IMG/VR virus record: IMGVR_UViG_3300029288_000146
Length of the DNA stretch: 64,000 nt
DNA from: an uncultured virus (IMG/VR IMGVR_UViG_3300029288_000146)
Lineage: Duplodnaviria > Heunggongvirae > Uroviricota > Caudoviricetes
Strand: one strand, 5' to 3'
The notes beneath the pieces were generated by a model. The model was given only the letters and a program-made list of their open reading frames with translations. It was not told the origin of the DNA and made no database searches. Below, one piece after another: positions 41,192 through 50,994 of the stretch (positions are counted from its first letter, which is position 1; each line of letters opens with the position of its first letter). The position numbers and the translations under genes are program-made.

Positions 41192-41470
41192 CTACTTCTT
41201 CTTCAGCCGCCGGACTTTCCGCACCATTCCCAGGGGTATTACGTGCGCCTGGCCGAACCGCGCATACCCGCCATTGATGAAGCTCCCACACATCACCAGC
41301 GCCCCTTTGCGCTTCCCCAGCAGTAGCCCCACGCTCCGTACCACGACTGGCTTACCTCGTGCGGCTACGTCCTTTCCCGTCAACCACACGCGGTCTTCCG
41401 GCGGCACCATGTCGTGCGCGTCAACCCATGTCACTTCAACCATTCGCAGCTTAGTCTTCTTCATCTTCAC
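41192..41470 (-). CDS. Small phage protein (VxWxDA..SVGxL..IP family)
   Basis: VEVTWVDA, RSVGLL and VIPLGMV; paralog of the upstream ORF. Confidence 0.7.
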   Translation of the reverse strand: MKMKKTKLRMVEVTWVDAHDMVPPEDRVWLTGKDVAARGKPVVVRSVGLLLGKRKGALVMCGSFINGGYARFGQAHVIPLGMVRKVRRLKKK

Positions 41471-41774
41471 CCTCTTCCCACAGCAGCGCGAGTTTCTTCA
41501 ACCAGGGTACAGGAATCACGGTAACGCTGCGGAACTGGAGCTGCTGTTCTTCGAGCCCGAAGGCGGAATAGTAACCCGTCTCATGGGCGATGGAGATGTA
41601 GCCGGGTTTGTCGGCGGTGGCTTTCTCGTGGCCCACAAGGTAGCCCACTGAGGTCACCAGCGCCGGAGTGATCTTCTCAATGTCGTCCGCAAGGATTGGG
41701 TCTTTGCGGGCCACGGCGTCGTACCATACGGCCTTGACGAGCTGGCCGTCAGGAACCGGGATGTTAATCTTCAT
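41451..41774 (-). CDS. Small phage protein (same family)
   Basis: AVWYDA, TSVGYL and VIPVPWL. Confidence 0.7.
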   Translation of the reverse strand: MKINIPVPDGQLVKAVWYDAVARKDPILADDIEKITPALVTSVGYLVGHEKATADKPGYISIAHETGYYSAFGLEEQQLQFRSVTVIPVPWLKKLALLWEEGEDEED

Positions 41775-42594
41775 GTTGACTCCTCATCCATGCAAGATAC
41801 AGTAGGCAGTACACGGCCAGGTCAAGGTAACTGTCGAGGGTGGGTTCGTTCAGGGCGACCGGGTGGCCGTGTAGGGCGGAGAAGGTGGCGGATGTTGCGG
41901 CCTGCTTCTCCAGGTTGCGGATGCGTTCGTACTTGTTGCCGATGTGCAGCCGGATGGCTTGTGCGACCGAGCAGCCCGCGAAGTCCGCACTGCCCTTGAA
42001 GTTGGCGAATGGGTCGCCGCCTCCGCAGTAATCGCGCTGCTTGCGGTCATGGGTGCAGGCGGCTTCCCACAGCAGGTCGTAAAACGCACGGCTACCAGCG
42101 AAGTCCGCAAAGACGCTAGCGCTGGCGGGGGGGATCAGGGATTCCTCGGTGGGCATGGGTTGCCCGGCGCGCTGCGCCGCTTCGAGTTTGGCGGATGCCT
42201 CGGGGTTTAGATGTAGCATGGGTGGCTCCTGGTCGTGGGGGTTTTCGTTGTAGATCACAGTGATGGCTCCACACTCCATACAATGAACGGCCACGATGGT
42301 TGTGGGGCTATCGAAGCGCCACGCAGGATCGCGGCCTATCACCAGGGATGTGTTCTCGGAGTGGCACTCGGGGCAGAGGTGGACAATTTCAGCGCTGCCT
42401 GGGGAGATGATGAGCGGTGAATCGCGGAGTCCTTCCATGGCCGCACACATCTCCTCGCGCGTTAGCGGCAGCAGGAACAGGGGTTTGGTGCTTTCGTCTG
42501 GGTAGACGGCGGATGTGTCGATGGGGGGGGTCTCGGGAACCCAATCGGTGCGAGTGGGGCCAAGGTAGTCGTTAAGGGAGTCGGGGTTAGTCAT
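41764..42594 (-). CDS. Zn ribbon + nucleotide-modification-associated (DUF1599/Nmad1-like) domain
   Basis: KQRDY...DPFANF...KYERI.NL...E...DSYLDLAVY. Confidence 0.65.
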   Translation of the reverse strand: MTNPDSLNDYLGPTRTDWVPETPPIDTSAVYPDESTKPLFLLPLTREEMCAAMEGLRDSPLIISPGSAEIVHLCPECHSENTSLVIGRDPAWRFDSPTTIVAVHCMECGAITVIYNENPHDQEPPMLHLNPEASAKLEAAQRAGQPMPTEESLIPPASASVFADFAGSRAFYDLLWEAACTHDRKQRDYCGGGDPFANFKGSADFAGCSVAQAIRLHIGNKYERIRNLEKQAATSATFSALHGHPVALNEPTLDSYLDLAVYCLLYLAWMRSQHED

Positions 42595-42891
42595 GCTTGT
42601 GCTCCTGGTTGCTGCCACGGCGGAATCATTAGACGCTGTTCCAACCATCCATAGGCTTGTTCGAGTCTGCCCGGTCGATGGTGATACCCGCCCTTACGCA
42701 CGCGCAGAGCCAGCGATTGGAGCGCGGTGGCAAGGTTTCGGCAGTACCGGATGGATCGAGCGCGGGCCAAACCATTGATAAAGTCTGGCGAATCTGGTCG
42801 TGGGTAGGCCCTCACGCGGCCTGCGTCTTCATACCAGCGCGCGGAATGCTCGATCTCATTCAGCAACGCTCCCACACGGGACACCGTAAAC

Positions 42892-43074
42892 TTACTCACC
42901 CTTGTTCTCCTTGACCTGCTTGGTCATCCCTTCGCAGTACACAACCCCGCCAGTCACGTACACTCGCTCGGTGCGCTTTGATCCACACTTGGGGCAGGGG
43001 TGCTTGGTCGCGCCGTTACGTTCGACATCGAACTCGGCATCACAGGCGTTGCAGTACCAGACATCGGTGATCAT
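42892..43074 (-). CDS. FmdB-like zinc ribbon
   Basis: CNACDAEF...CPKCGS. Confidence 0.65.
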   Translation of the reverse strand: MITDVWYCNACDAEFDVERNGATKHPCPKCGSKRTERVYVTGGVVYCEGMTKQVKENKGE

Positions 43075-43301
43075 GGTTTAGTCCTGGTCTAATATAATTC
43101 TTTGAATATATCCTCCATACATATCTGGATATTTCGATTCTGCCTTTCGCTTGGCCCACATGCGTTTTGCTTTCTTTCGTGAGGTGCATATTGCGACTGC
43201 GCTGTCAGGAGTATTCTCATCACCACCCTCGTAAATGACATAGGCGTATCCGCTGAATGTCTGATCGGCTGCGCTTTTGGGAAACTTGTGTTTGCTCATT
43301 G

Positions 43302-44552
43302 CTAATCTCCCTCTCCGAATAATTCATTGCTGGTCGCCCAGTTCTCGTCACTGTCGCTGGTGAACACGGCGTCGTATCCCCCATCCGGGTAGATGTGCAT
43401 ACCCACGCCGCCCATCCCCGGCGGTTCGTATCCCGCCTTGTGTGCATACGTACCCCAGAAGCCCAGCATTGCCGGACCAATGACCACGTATTGCTTCTTC
43501 AGCGCCACCCGCAGGTTGGCCTTGTCCTCCACGATGCAAGACACGGCGTTGTCAATGGGGTCGTGGACGTGGAAGCTCACAACGAACTCCACGAAGTCGT
43601 TGAAGATGCGCGGACGGGCAGCGGCGTTATGCTTACCCCCTTTGGTTTGCGAGGCGCTGCGCCCGTGCATGATGTGGGCGCCCCAGTCGTGGCCCTGCCA
43701 GAGCATCCGCAGGCGTAGCGGGAAGTTGAAGTAAGGTACGTTCAGCATCTTCGCCAGGGGCTCAAGGATTTCGACTCCCGCGCGCTTGCTGGTGCGGTCC
43801 TCGTGGTTGCCGCTGTGCAGGAACAGGCACTTGTGGGCTATGGGAGCGAAGAAGTCGAGCATGTCCAACCACTGCTGCTGCGGGTGGTACTGCTGCGAGT
43901 AGATGTAACCACGGCCATCATCTAGGGCGTTCTCCATGAGATCGCCGCCACCGAACCAGTAGACGCCCTCGTGTTCCTCGATGTACCGCAGGGTGGCGCG
44001 GAACTTCTCGTGCAGGTGCGCCTGGTGGCCGTAGTGGGTGTCGGCAATGGGGATGATCTTGATGCGCTCGGTGTGGTCGTGGAATTGCGCGGCCATGTAG
44101 ATAGGGACGCCCGTGCGGGGGTCGGTTTGGAGCGTGCAATCCCAGGCGCGGGGCTGAACACGGGGAACTACATCGGGTTGCCGCAAGAGGATGAAGGTTT
44201 CGTGGCCGTAGTCGTCACGGGTGCGGAATAGCCGAAGGTTCCCGAAGTCACCCGTAAGCATCGCCGTGGCTTCACCCTCACTGCATCCCATCCGCGTGGC
44301 GATTTCCGGTAGTGTCCGCGCGCGGGAAAGGAAGTCCCGCAGGCGGGTGTCCCCAAGATCAGCCGGGGGTTTCCCGGCCGGCAGGGATGCGAGCTTCTGG
44401 CGGACTTGTGAGGCGTTGTAGTGGCCACCAGGGAATCGCTTATTCAGGGCATCGGCTTTGTCGCGGTAGGAACCGCTGAGTGTGGCTAGGTGTGCAAGAA
44501 CTTCTGGCCGCCACTTGTGCGATTGCTCGTACTGGTTAGGCATTGGCGGCAT
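43302..44552 (-). CDS. Calcineurin-like metallophosphoesterase
   Basis: ADTH, GDLME, GNHE, HG and HVH motifs. Confidence 0.85.
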   Translation of the reverse strand: MPPMPNQYEQSHKWRPEVLAHLATLSGSYRDKADALNKRFPGGHYNASQVRQKLASLPAGKPPADLGDTRLRDFLSRARTLPEIATRMGCSEGEATAMLTGDFGNLRLFRTRDDYGHETFILLRQPDVVPRVQPRAWDCTLQTDPRTGVPIYMAAQFHDHTERIKIIPIADTHYGHQAHLHEKFRATLRYIEEHEGVYWFGGGDLMENALDDGRGYIYSQQYHPQQQWLDMLDFFAPIAHKCLFLHSGNHEDRTSKRAGVEILEPLAKMLNVPYFNFPLRLRMLWQGHDWGAHIMHGRSASQTKGGKHNAAARPRIFNDFVEFVVSFHVHDPIDNAVSCIVEDKANLRVALKKQYVVIGPAMLGFWGTYAHKAGYEPPGMGGVGMHIYPDGGYDAVFTSDSDENWATSNELFGEGD

Positions 44553-45171
44553 CCTCGGTCAGAGTGATACTCGTTGACAGGCACCATTCCACGGGCAGTT
44601 GATGTGGGGTTAGGGTTCCACCGGGGCCGATGTTGCTCTGATATGCGCGAGCGGACAGCGCCCCGAATAGCGCCTCCTTGATGTCATAGGTGGGCGATAC
44701 GGCCTTGGTCGCATCCAACACGATCTCGGCGGTATAGCCGCACTTAACGGCGTCCCGGTAGGTTGCCATCACGCAGTAATCCAGCGCGACCCCGCAGATG
44801 TACAGATGTGTGTCACGGGGCAGGATGGAGCGCAGTTCGGGCGTGAATCCGCTGTATTGCTCCGCTGCGGGATCGGTTCCCTTGTCGATAACGGTTGAGC
44901 CAGGGGGAACCGGAAGGAAGTCGTTGATCCTCGCGCCGCTCGTTTCTGCTATGCAGTGCGTGGGCCATTGCCCGCCGTTTTCGATGAAGCTGCAATGATC
45001 CGCCGGGTGCCAGTCCCGCGTGAAGACGACGGGTTGTTGCGCGCGCCGGAATCCATTGATCAGCGCGTTAATAAGGGGCGGCAGGGTGTAAGCGTAGGGG
45101 ACGTATAACGCACCACCAGGATACACAAAGTCGTTCTGCATATCCACGACTATCAGTGCCGACTTAGGCAT
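44536..45171 (-). CDS. pncA: Nicotinamidase
   Basis: VDMQNDF..GGAL, TRDWHP..HCSF, WPTHC, KG...YSGF and ALDYCV. Confidence 0.92.
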   Translation of the reverse strand: MPKSALIVVDMQNDFVYPGGALYVPYAYTLPPLINALINGFRRAQQPVVFTRDWHPADHCSFIENGGQWPTHCIAETSGARINDFLPVPPGSTVIDKGTDPAAEQYSGFTPELRSILPRDTHLYICGVALDYCVMATYRDAVKCGYTAEIVLDATKAVSPTYDIKEALFGALSARAYQSNIGPGGTLTPHQLPVEWCLSTSITLTEDAANA

Positions 45172-46492
45172 GCGGCATGCTCCTTTTCATCTCTTCCACC
45201 TGCGGACTCGCGGTGCAGTAGTGAGCGGTTGCCGATTGTTCCAGCGACAACTGCAAGGCCGTGTATTCGCGGATGCCGGAGAGCGTCGGGCGCGAGCAGC
45301 ACAACTCGCCGCGAGAGAACACGGGAACCAGGAGGTCGTGTTCGGAATTGAGCGGCGTTTCGGACGCCATACGGATGGTGTCGTAAATGATGGTGCCTAC
45401 ATGCCGCGTCAAACGGTGAGCGCCTGGTAGGGTACCCTTCCCCGGCGCTGAGGCGTGGGTCTTGCAGCGGGGGTGTCCGTCGATTTCCACGAGCTTGTAA
45501 ACCCCGCCCAGCGCCGCATCGGGCGCGCCAGTAACCAGACGGGTTCCCACACCCCAGCCATCAATGGGGAGATCGCGCATGGCGGCAATGCTGGTCTCGT
45601 CCAAGTCGCTGGAAGCCAGAATGACACCATCAGTCCAACCGGCGTCGTTCATGGCCGTCCGGGCGAAGCACGCCAACTCCGGTAACTGCGATCTCTCGGC
45701 ATCCAACCGGATACCGCCGCCCACCAGACCGTATTTGATCTTGGTTGCGACGGCTCGCTCGATACCCCGCCGCGCGTCATAGGTATCCACGAGCAGGATG
45801 CAGCGCTGCGGGTAAATGAAGGCGTAGTTGTCGAACGCCCCTTGCTCGCTCGCGTGGCTCATCACCCACGAATGCGCCATGGTGCCGGCCGTGGGGATAC
45901 CCCAGCGCAGTCCGGCGAGTTCGTTGGATGTACCAGCGCACCCCGCGAGATATGCCGCCCGCGCAGCCAGCACGGACGCCTCTACTCCATGTGCGCGGCG
46001 CATGCCGAAGTCATAAACTGGCTTGCCCTCCGCCGCCAAGACGCAACGGGCGGCTTTGGTGGCGATAAGCGTCTGGAAATTGATCGTGGTCAGAATTACC
46101 GTCTCTAATAGCTGACATTGGAGGAGAGGCCCACCGACCTTGACCAATGGGGCCATGGGCTGGACAACGGTTCCTTCGGGAACCGCCTCGATGTTGCACG
46201 TTAAGCGTAGTCCGGCGAGATAATCCAGGAAACCGCTAGAGAACATCCCCGATTCCGACAAATAACGGAGTTCTTCATCGCCAAACCGTAGATCGCTCAA
46301 GTGCTCAATGAGTGTGTCCAGCCCCGCCGCAACCGTGAAATGTCCACCAAAGGGATTCCGGCGGAAGAACATCTCGAATATGGCAGGGGTCTCGTGCATT
46401 CCGCTCGCAAAGTAACCGTTCGCCATGGTGAGTTGGTAATGATCAGTAGCGAGCCAAGAAGATGTGGGGTTAGGCATTCGGCTCTCCGCCAC
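45164..46492 (-). CDS. pncB: Nicotinate phosphoribosyltransferase
   Basis: TDHYQLTM, FEMFFR, DFGMRRAHG, GTMAHSWV, LVDTYD, GVGTRL and VYKLVE. Confidence 0.92.
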   Translation of the reverse strand: MAESRMPNPTSSWLATDHYQLTMANGYFASGMHETPAIFEMFFRRNPFGGHFTVAAGLDTLIEHLSDLRFGDEELRYLSESGMFSSGFLDYLAGLRLTCNIEAVPEGTVVQPMAPLVKVGGPLLQCQLLETVILTTINFQTLIATKAARCVLAAEGKPVYDFGMRRAHGVEASVLAARAAYLAGCAGTSNELAGLRWGIPTAGTMAHSWVMSHASEQGAFDNYAFIYPQRCILLVDTYDARRGIERAVATKIKYGLVGGGIRLDAERSQLPELACFARTAMNDAGWTDGVILASSDLDETSIAAMRDLPIDGWGVGTRLVTGAPDAALGGVYKLVEIDGHPRCKTHASAPGKGTLPGAHRLTRHVGTIIYDTIRMASETPLNSEHDLLVPVFSRGELCCSRPTLSGIREYTALQLSLEQSATAHYCTASPQVEEMKRSMPHA

Positions 46493-46791
46493 CAGTCACG
46501 ATCAGCGGACTCCTCGCGGGTTCCGGTGTCCCTTCCTGTCCCTTTCCGTTGATGAGTCCTGGTGCCAGTTGGTTGAGCCAGCCCAGCAGGACATTCACCA
46601 GGAAGTCGTGTACCAGGGGCTGGCCGATGTGCTGCATGGTCAATCCGGCGGTTGCCAGCAGGTGGGCGCGTTGGCCCTCGGACAGGGCATCCCAGGTCAC
46701 GGGAAGTACATGGGTGGTGTCGTACTTCACGCGTTCGGAGTAGGCGTGCCAGATTTGGGCGAGGCCAAGCGCGGTGACGATGGGTGGGGTT

Positions 46792-47436
46792 TCAGTGTCC
46801 ATGGTTACGCTCCACAAAGTCGCAGTGTTTGATTTTGGTGATGATCCGCTTCCCGCGCCGGTCGCACAGTTCCCGTTGTGGACGCGCTACGATGCCCTCA
46901 GCGACGAAGTTGCCCCACTGCGATACAAACCCCTCGCGCACTAGCTTGATGCCGTCCAGCAGCCCCCCAGCGCCGATTACGGGGACAACGCCCACGCCCA
47001 GCGCCTCGCCAATCGCGGCGACGTTCTCCCGTTCCAACCAAAGGCCGCCCACTGACACATCAAAGAGAGCGAAGTCGCAGCCATTGGGGTTGTAGTTGCC
47101 CCCGCCCTTCTGGATGCGCGCGCCGTAACCCTCTCCGTACAGCACGGCTTCGGAGCTGCTGAAGATGCTGTGGTTGGCGGCGGCGGGGGCTTCAAAGAGA
47201 TCGCGCAGGCGGTCGAGCAGGAAGGTGGGAATCGAGGCGTTATCAGTCCGTCCGCCGTAGTGGACACGCTCGCCATCCCAGATGATGCGGATGTTGGTTC
47301 CGTCCACCTTCTCAGTGAACACCCAATCGTTTTCCGCGAGATAGGCAAACTCCGGGGTCGTGTACTCGCCCTCGATGATCTGCCGGGTCTCGGGGTCGCG
47401 CTTGAACACCGTCTGGATTTTGTGGTATTCAGTCAC
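46792..47436 (-). CDS. RNA ligase (Rnl2-like nucleotidyltransferase domain)
   Basis: YHKI, TEKVDGTN, LYGE, LFDV, EGIV and KIK. Confidence 0.85.
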   Translation of the reverse strand: MTEYHKIQTVFKRDPETRQIIEGEYTTPEFAYLAENDWVFTEKVDGTNIRIIWDGERVHYGGRTDNASIPTFLLDRLRDLFEAPAAANHSIFSSSEAVLYGEGYGARIQKGGGNYNPNGCDFALFDVSVGGLWLERENVAAIGEALGVGVVPVIGAGGLLDGIKLVREGFVSQWGNFVAEGIVARPQRELCDRRGKRIITKIKHCDFVERNHGH

Positions 47437-48025
47437 GCTTCAGCTCCTTGTAATCTCTCGCCGTGAAGTCGTAAAGCACGAGATTGTTGTATTTGCCGTT
47501 CGCCCAGGCGGCATCGCGGTAAACGCCCTCGTAGCACCATCCGGCGTTGCGCAGAAAACTACATCCGCGAGTATCCCAATCATGGAGTCCGCAGTGCAGG
47601 GTGTGGAGGTTGTGCTGGCCGAATGCTTCATCCATGAGCAGGCGCAGGGCTTCGCGGCCGTAACCGTGATGCTGGTGCGCGGGTGCGATGTAGAGGCTGA
47701 GTTCGGCGCGGCGCAGATGCCAGTCGATGTAACAGAAGCCGCCAACGCCGACGGGCATAGTGTGGTGTACTATTCTCGACTCCCTGCCCGCCATTGGCAG
47801 AATTTCCACATCCCCCCAGACGAGGTACAGCAGTTGCCGTGGCGGCTTAGCCAGCGAATCATCCAGGTAGCGCTCCCACCATGCCATCTGGTGCTCGGGG
47901 CCGATGAGGCGGTGTTCGCGGCAGTAGGGACGCAAGAGGTTGCGCCAGTGGGAAAGGGTGTCGATGATGAGGTCATCAGACGGGTGGGCGGAGAGGGGCT
48001 CGATGGTGACAGTGGGGGTGGGCAT
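47429..48025 (-). CDS. GNAT acetyltransferase (RimL/PseH-like)
   Basis: AELSLYI...HQHHGYGREAL, GW..EG..R. Confidence 0.85.
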   Translation of the reverse strand: MPTPTVTIEPLSAHPSDDLIIDTLSHWRNLLRPYCREHRLIGPEHQMAWWERYLDDSLAKPPRQLLYLVWGDVEILPMAGRESRIVHHTMPVGVGGFCYIDWHLRRAELSLYIAPAHQHHGYGREALRLLMDEAFGQHNLHTLHCGLHDWDTRGCSFLRNAGWCYEGVYRDAAWANGKYNNLVLYDFTARDYKELKRD

Positions 48026-48378
48026 GTTGCGCTCCTATTCCTCGGTCACGATCAAGTCTGCCAGGTCTTTGGCGAGTTCCGCGAACCCCGCTCCCCCACA
48101 AACGCAGGCCCAATAGTCAGACAGCGTGGCTCCGTTGTCCCAATATGCCGTTTTGAGATGACCGGCGTTTTTTAGTGTTTGATGTGGCTCAAAGCCGATG
48201 ATCTTGCACATGGCGAGCACTGATTCATAGAGCGGGGAGCCGTCCGGCGTCCACATCACATCTGGGGTTGTGATGATGACCCTCTTGCCTTCGCGCAACG
48301 CGCTAATAATGTTCCCCATGTTGCGGAGCGCGGCTAGGCGAGCCGTATCCTTACTGGGGTTATGTAAAACCTTGACCA

Positions 48379-48843
48379 TTACTTCTTCTCCTTCTGTTCT
48401 TTCAGTGTTTCCCACCGGCGCATCACACCGTCATACCGATGGTTGTCGTCGTCGTAGACCGTCCACGTCCAGTCGTAGACGGGTTTCCCCAGCAGCGTCG
48501 CGTAACCAAGTTCCTTGTTGCTGCCGTCGGACTTCTCCCAGCCGGGGGTCAGCAGCAGGGCATCGCAGCGCTGTAGGACTTTGAAGGCGTGGCGTATCCA
48601 GTAGGGTTGGGAGATGTTGAAGTTGTCCGCGCAGTGACCGGAGCTATAGGGGTTGTAGGATGCCCAGCCGTAGCGCAGCAGCCAGCCCTGAATCCACGAG
48701 GTATCCCATTCGAGCTTCAGCAGGTGGGTGCGCGATAGGTTGCTCATGGGCCCGGCGATGTACATGATCCCCTTGCAGTCCGGCCAGGGATCGTCGGCCG
48801 CCGTGAGCCCGCAGACATCGAACTTTTCCTGTGGTTTAGCCAT
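48379..48843 (-). CDS. DUF4406 / nucleoside deoxyribosyltransferase-like protein
   Basis: YIAGPMS, NP, CDALLL.PGWEKS.G..KE..YA..LGKPV. Confidence 0.8.
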   Translation of the reverse strand: MAKPQEKFDVCGLTAADDPWPDCKGIMYIAGPMSNLSRTHLLKLEWDTSWIQGWLLRYGWASYNPYSSGHCADNFNISQPYWIRHAFKVLQRCDALLLTPGWEKSDGSNKELGYATLLGKPVYDWTWTVYDDDNHRYDGVMRRWETLKEQKEKK

Positions 48844-49612
48844 TTGCCTTCCGCTTGTACGACATCACGTAGTCAATGGGGGTGGAGAGCGGATACCTGC
48901 CGATGCGGAGAACATCCAGTTGGCCGGGGAGCCACTTGCGGGGTCGCACATTGCCTTCGACCACGTAGACATACTGGTTGTCGCGGTGGGAATAGAGCGC
49001 CGTGTGCTTGTGTCCGGTGCTGCCGCCCACGAGGATCGCGTAGTCGCCCGTCTGGGGATTCGTGGTTGTGAGCCCGCGTTCCTTGGCGATGCGCCAGAGC
49101 CCCGAACTGCTTAGGCTGTCGCCGGTTCCCGCTGTGGCACCGATGGGTGGCTTGATCCCGAAGTCCGAGAGTGTCGTCCGGGCGATGTACGTTGCCGCGC
49201 CCACGCACCACGCCCACTGCGGCCCCTCGTGTCCACCCGTGAAGTTCCGCACCCAGCGCCCACGGTTGTTCCCCCCCTGCTCGCCAACGCCATCGTATGC
49301 CAGTTGGAGCCCGTAGCGGAGGATTGCCTGGCCGGGGTTGCTGGGGTTCTCGATAGCCAAGTGCGACCACAGCAGGCTCCCAACGGTGGTTGTGGGTTTG
49401 AGCTTGCGGTCGCGGATGAAGCGGTCTACGGCATCGGAAATGCGGATGTCGAAAGCCTCGGGAATTCCGGATGTGTATGGGGTCAGGCACTTGTGGAACA
49501 CCAGTTCCCGGTAGAGCAGCTTAACCCACCAGGACGTGTCGCCGCGCTTGAGTGTTGGCGGACGGCGGGTGATGGTGCGGGCGTAGAGACAGGGGTTGAA
49601 ATCATCAGGCAT
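48836..49612 (-). CDS. Endolysin: PG-binding + CHAP domain
   Basis: LKRGD..FD...AV..F N-terminus; AWC, HT and VEGN catalytic motifs. Confidence 0.8.
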   Translation of the reverse strand: MPDDFNPCLYARTITRRPPTLKRGDTSWWVKLLYRELVFHKCLTPYTSGIPEAFDIRISDAVDRFIRDRKLKPTTTVGSLLWSHLAIENPSNPGQAILRYGLQLAYDGVGEQGGNNRGRWVRNFTGGHEGPQWAWCVGAATYIARTTLSDFGIKPPIGATAGTGDSLSSSGLWRIAKERGLTTTNPQTGDYAILVGGSTGHKHTALYSHRDNQYVYVVEGNVRPRKWLPGQLDVLRIGRYPLSTPIDYVMSYKRKANG

Positions 49613-50352
49613 CGGTGGTCTCCTTGTCGTAGACGCGCCACTGGCAACTGCACTGTGAACACGAGAACATCCAGTAATGCCGATCCTGCTCGCGGCCCCT
49701 TCCCCGGCAAGAAATGAGAGCCTTGTGTGTCGTGGAGCAGTGGGGACATGTGACTTCCAGGGGATGGCCCGGTGTGGTGATAACGACATCCGGATCGGTC
49801 GCGGGCGCATCTTCTGAGGCGGTGTCCCGTTGCAGTGCCACGGTGACCCCCCGCTGCCCAAGGAGTTCCGTAGCGCGCTTTGCCGCCCACTCGCGGAAAT
49901 GTGTTCGCGCCTGCTCCCTGGAAGCAAAGCCGGAGACCCACATCGAGACCACCTCTTGCCCGATGGCCTCAACCATCGCCAGCATCCGGGCTTCGTACTC
50001 AGTTAGCCTCTCAGACATTCAACCCTCCGGTTCGCGGTTTCCTTCATAACGCTGTGAAACTTACGGACGGCGCAGGATTTTTTAGGGGTGGGCGGTAGGT
50101 TTTAGGTATGACGTGTTGCGGACATTCACAACCACTGAGAATGGACATCATCATCGAGGGTGAGCAGGGGCGGAAGCATTGCAAGTCCATGCGTCCGCCG
50201 TTACAGCAAGCGGTGATGAACTGCGTGAAAGAGTGGGGGTGTGGCATCTACAAGGTGTGGGTGCGGCAGGGACAACTGGAAATCCGCTATCGCTTGACTG
50301 TGCGGAAGAACGACTACGAACTAAAGCCACTCTACCGCAAGGCCCCGCCGCC

Positions 50353-50994
50353 CTAGCCGTTCAACTCCTCTTCGGCTGTGGGCTCCCATAGCTCATCAAT
50401 GGACACCCGGGGGATGAACTGCTCAAGCGCGGATTCCGAGAGTGTCACGACTCGTGTACCGCGCGCCGCAACCCAGCGCAGGAGAATGCCGAAGCTCTGC
50501 ATCTGTCCCCAAGGCCGCTCGCTTTCCCCCGTTGGGCTCCCGTCAAAGTGCCTGGGTCCGCGCATGTCCACACCCGCCAGTGCCACACAGCGGACGCCCG
50601 CGTGATGCAGCAAGAGGATCATGCAACCGGCAATGGTGGCTCCACCGGCGAGTTTCCGGGGTTCGTCCAGGCCACCACCGTAGATACCCTTGCCGTGGTA
50701 GAAGATGTAATCGGGTGTGTAACGCTTCTGGGCTTCGGCCAGCAGGTAGCCCATGAGGAGCTTCTGGGGGACGCAGTGGGGGTCTTGAAACCAGGGTTCG
50801 GTACGCGCCTTGAGTCCCCATGTGGCCCAGAGGTTCGCGCGCGGGTGCGCCCAGATGGCTCCGTTAATGGCGATGGAGTACCACGCATCGGGAATCTGCG
50901 ATTCCACATCCAGTACATGCGGGCCGCTGCCCACGACCACGCTAACAGGGGTCGTGCCTAGTTCATGCAGGTGGTCGAAGACATCGTTAGACAT
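50353..50994 (-). CDS. Maf/MptE (DUF115)-like protein
   Basis: VVGSGP, IAING and ALAGVDM..HF. Confidence 0.65.
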   Translation of the reverse strand: MSNDVFDHLHELGTTPVSVVVGSGPHVLDVESQIPDAWYSIAINGAIWAHPRANLWATWGLKARTEPWFQDPHCVPQKLLMGYLLAEAQKRYTPDYIFYHGKGIYGGGLDEPRKLAGGATIAGCMILLLHHAGVRCVALAGVDMRGPRHFDGSPTGESERPWGQMQSFGILLRWVAARGTRVVTLSESALEQFIPRVSIDELWEPTAEEELNG

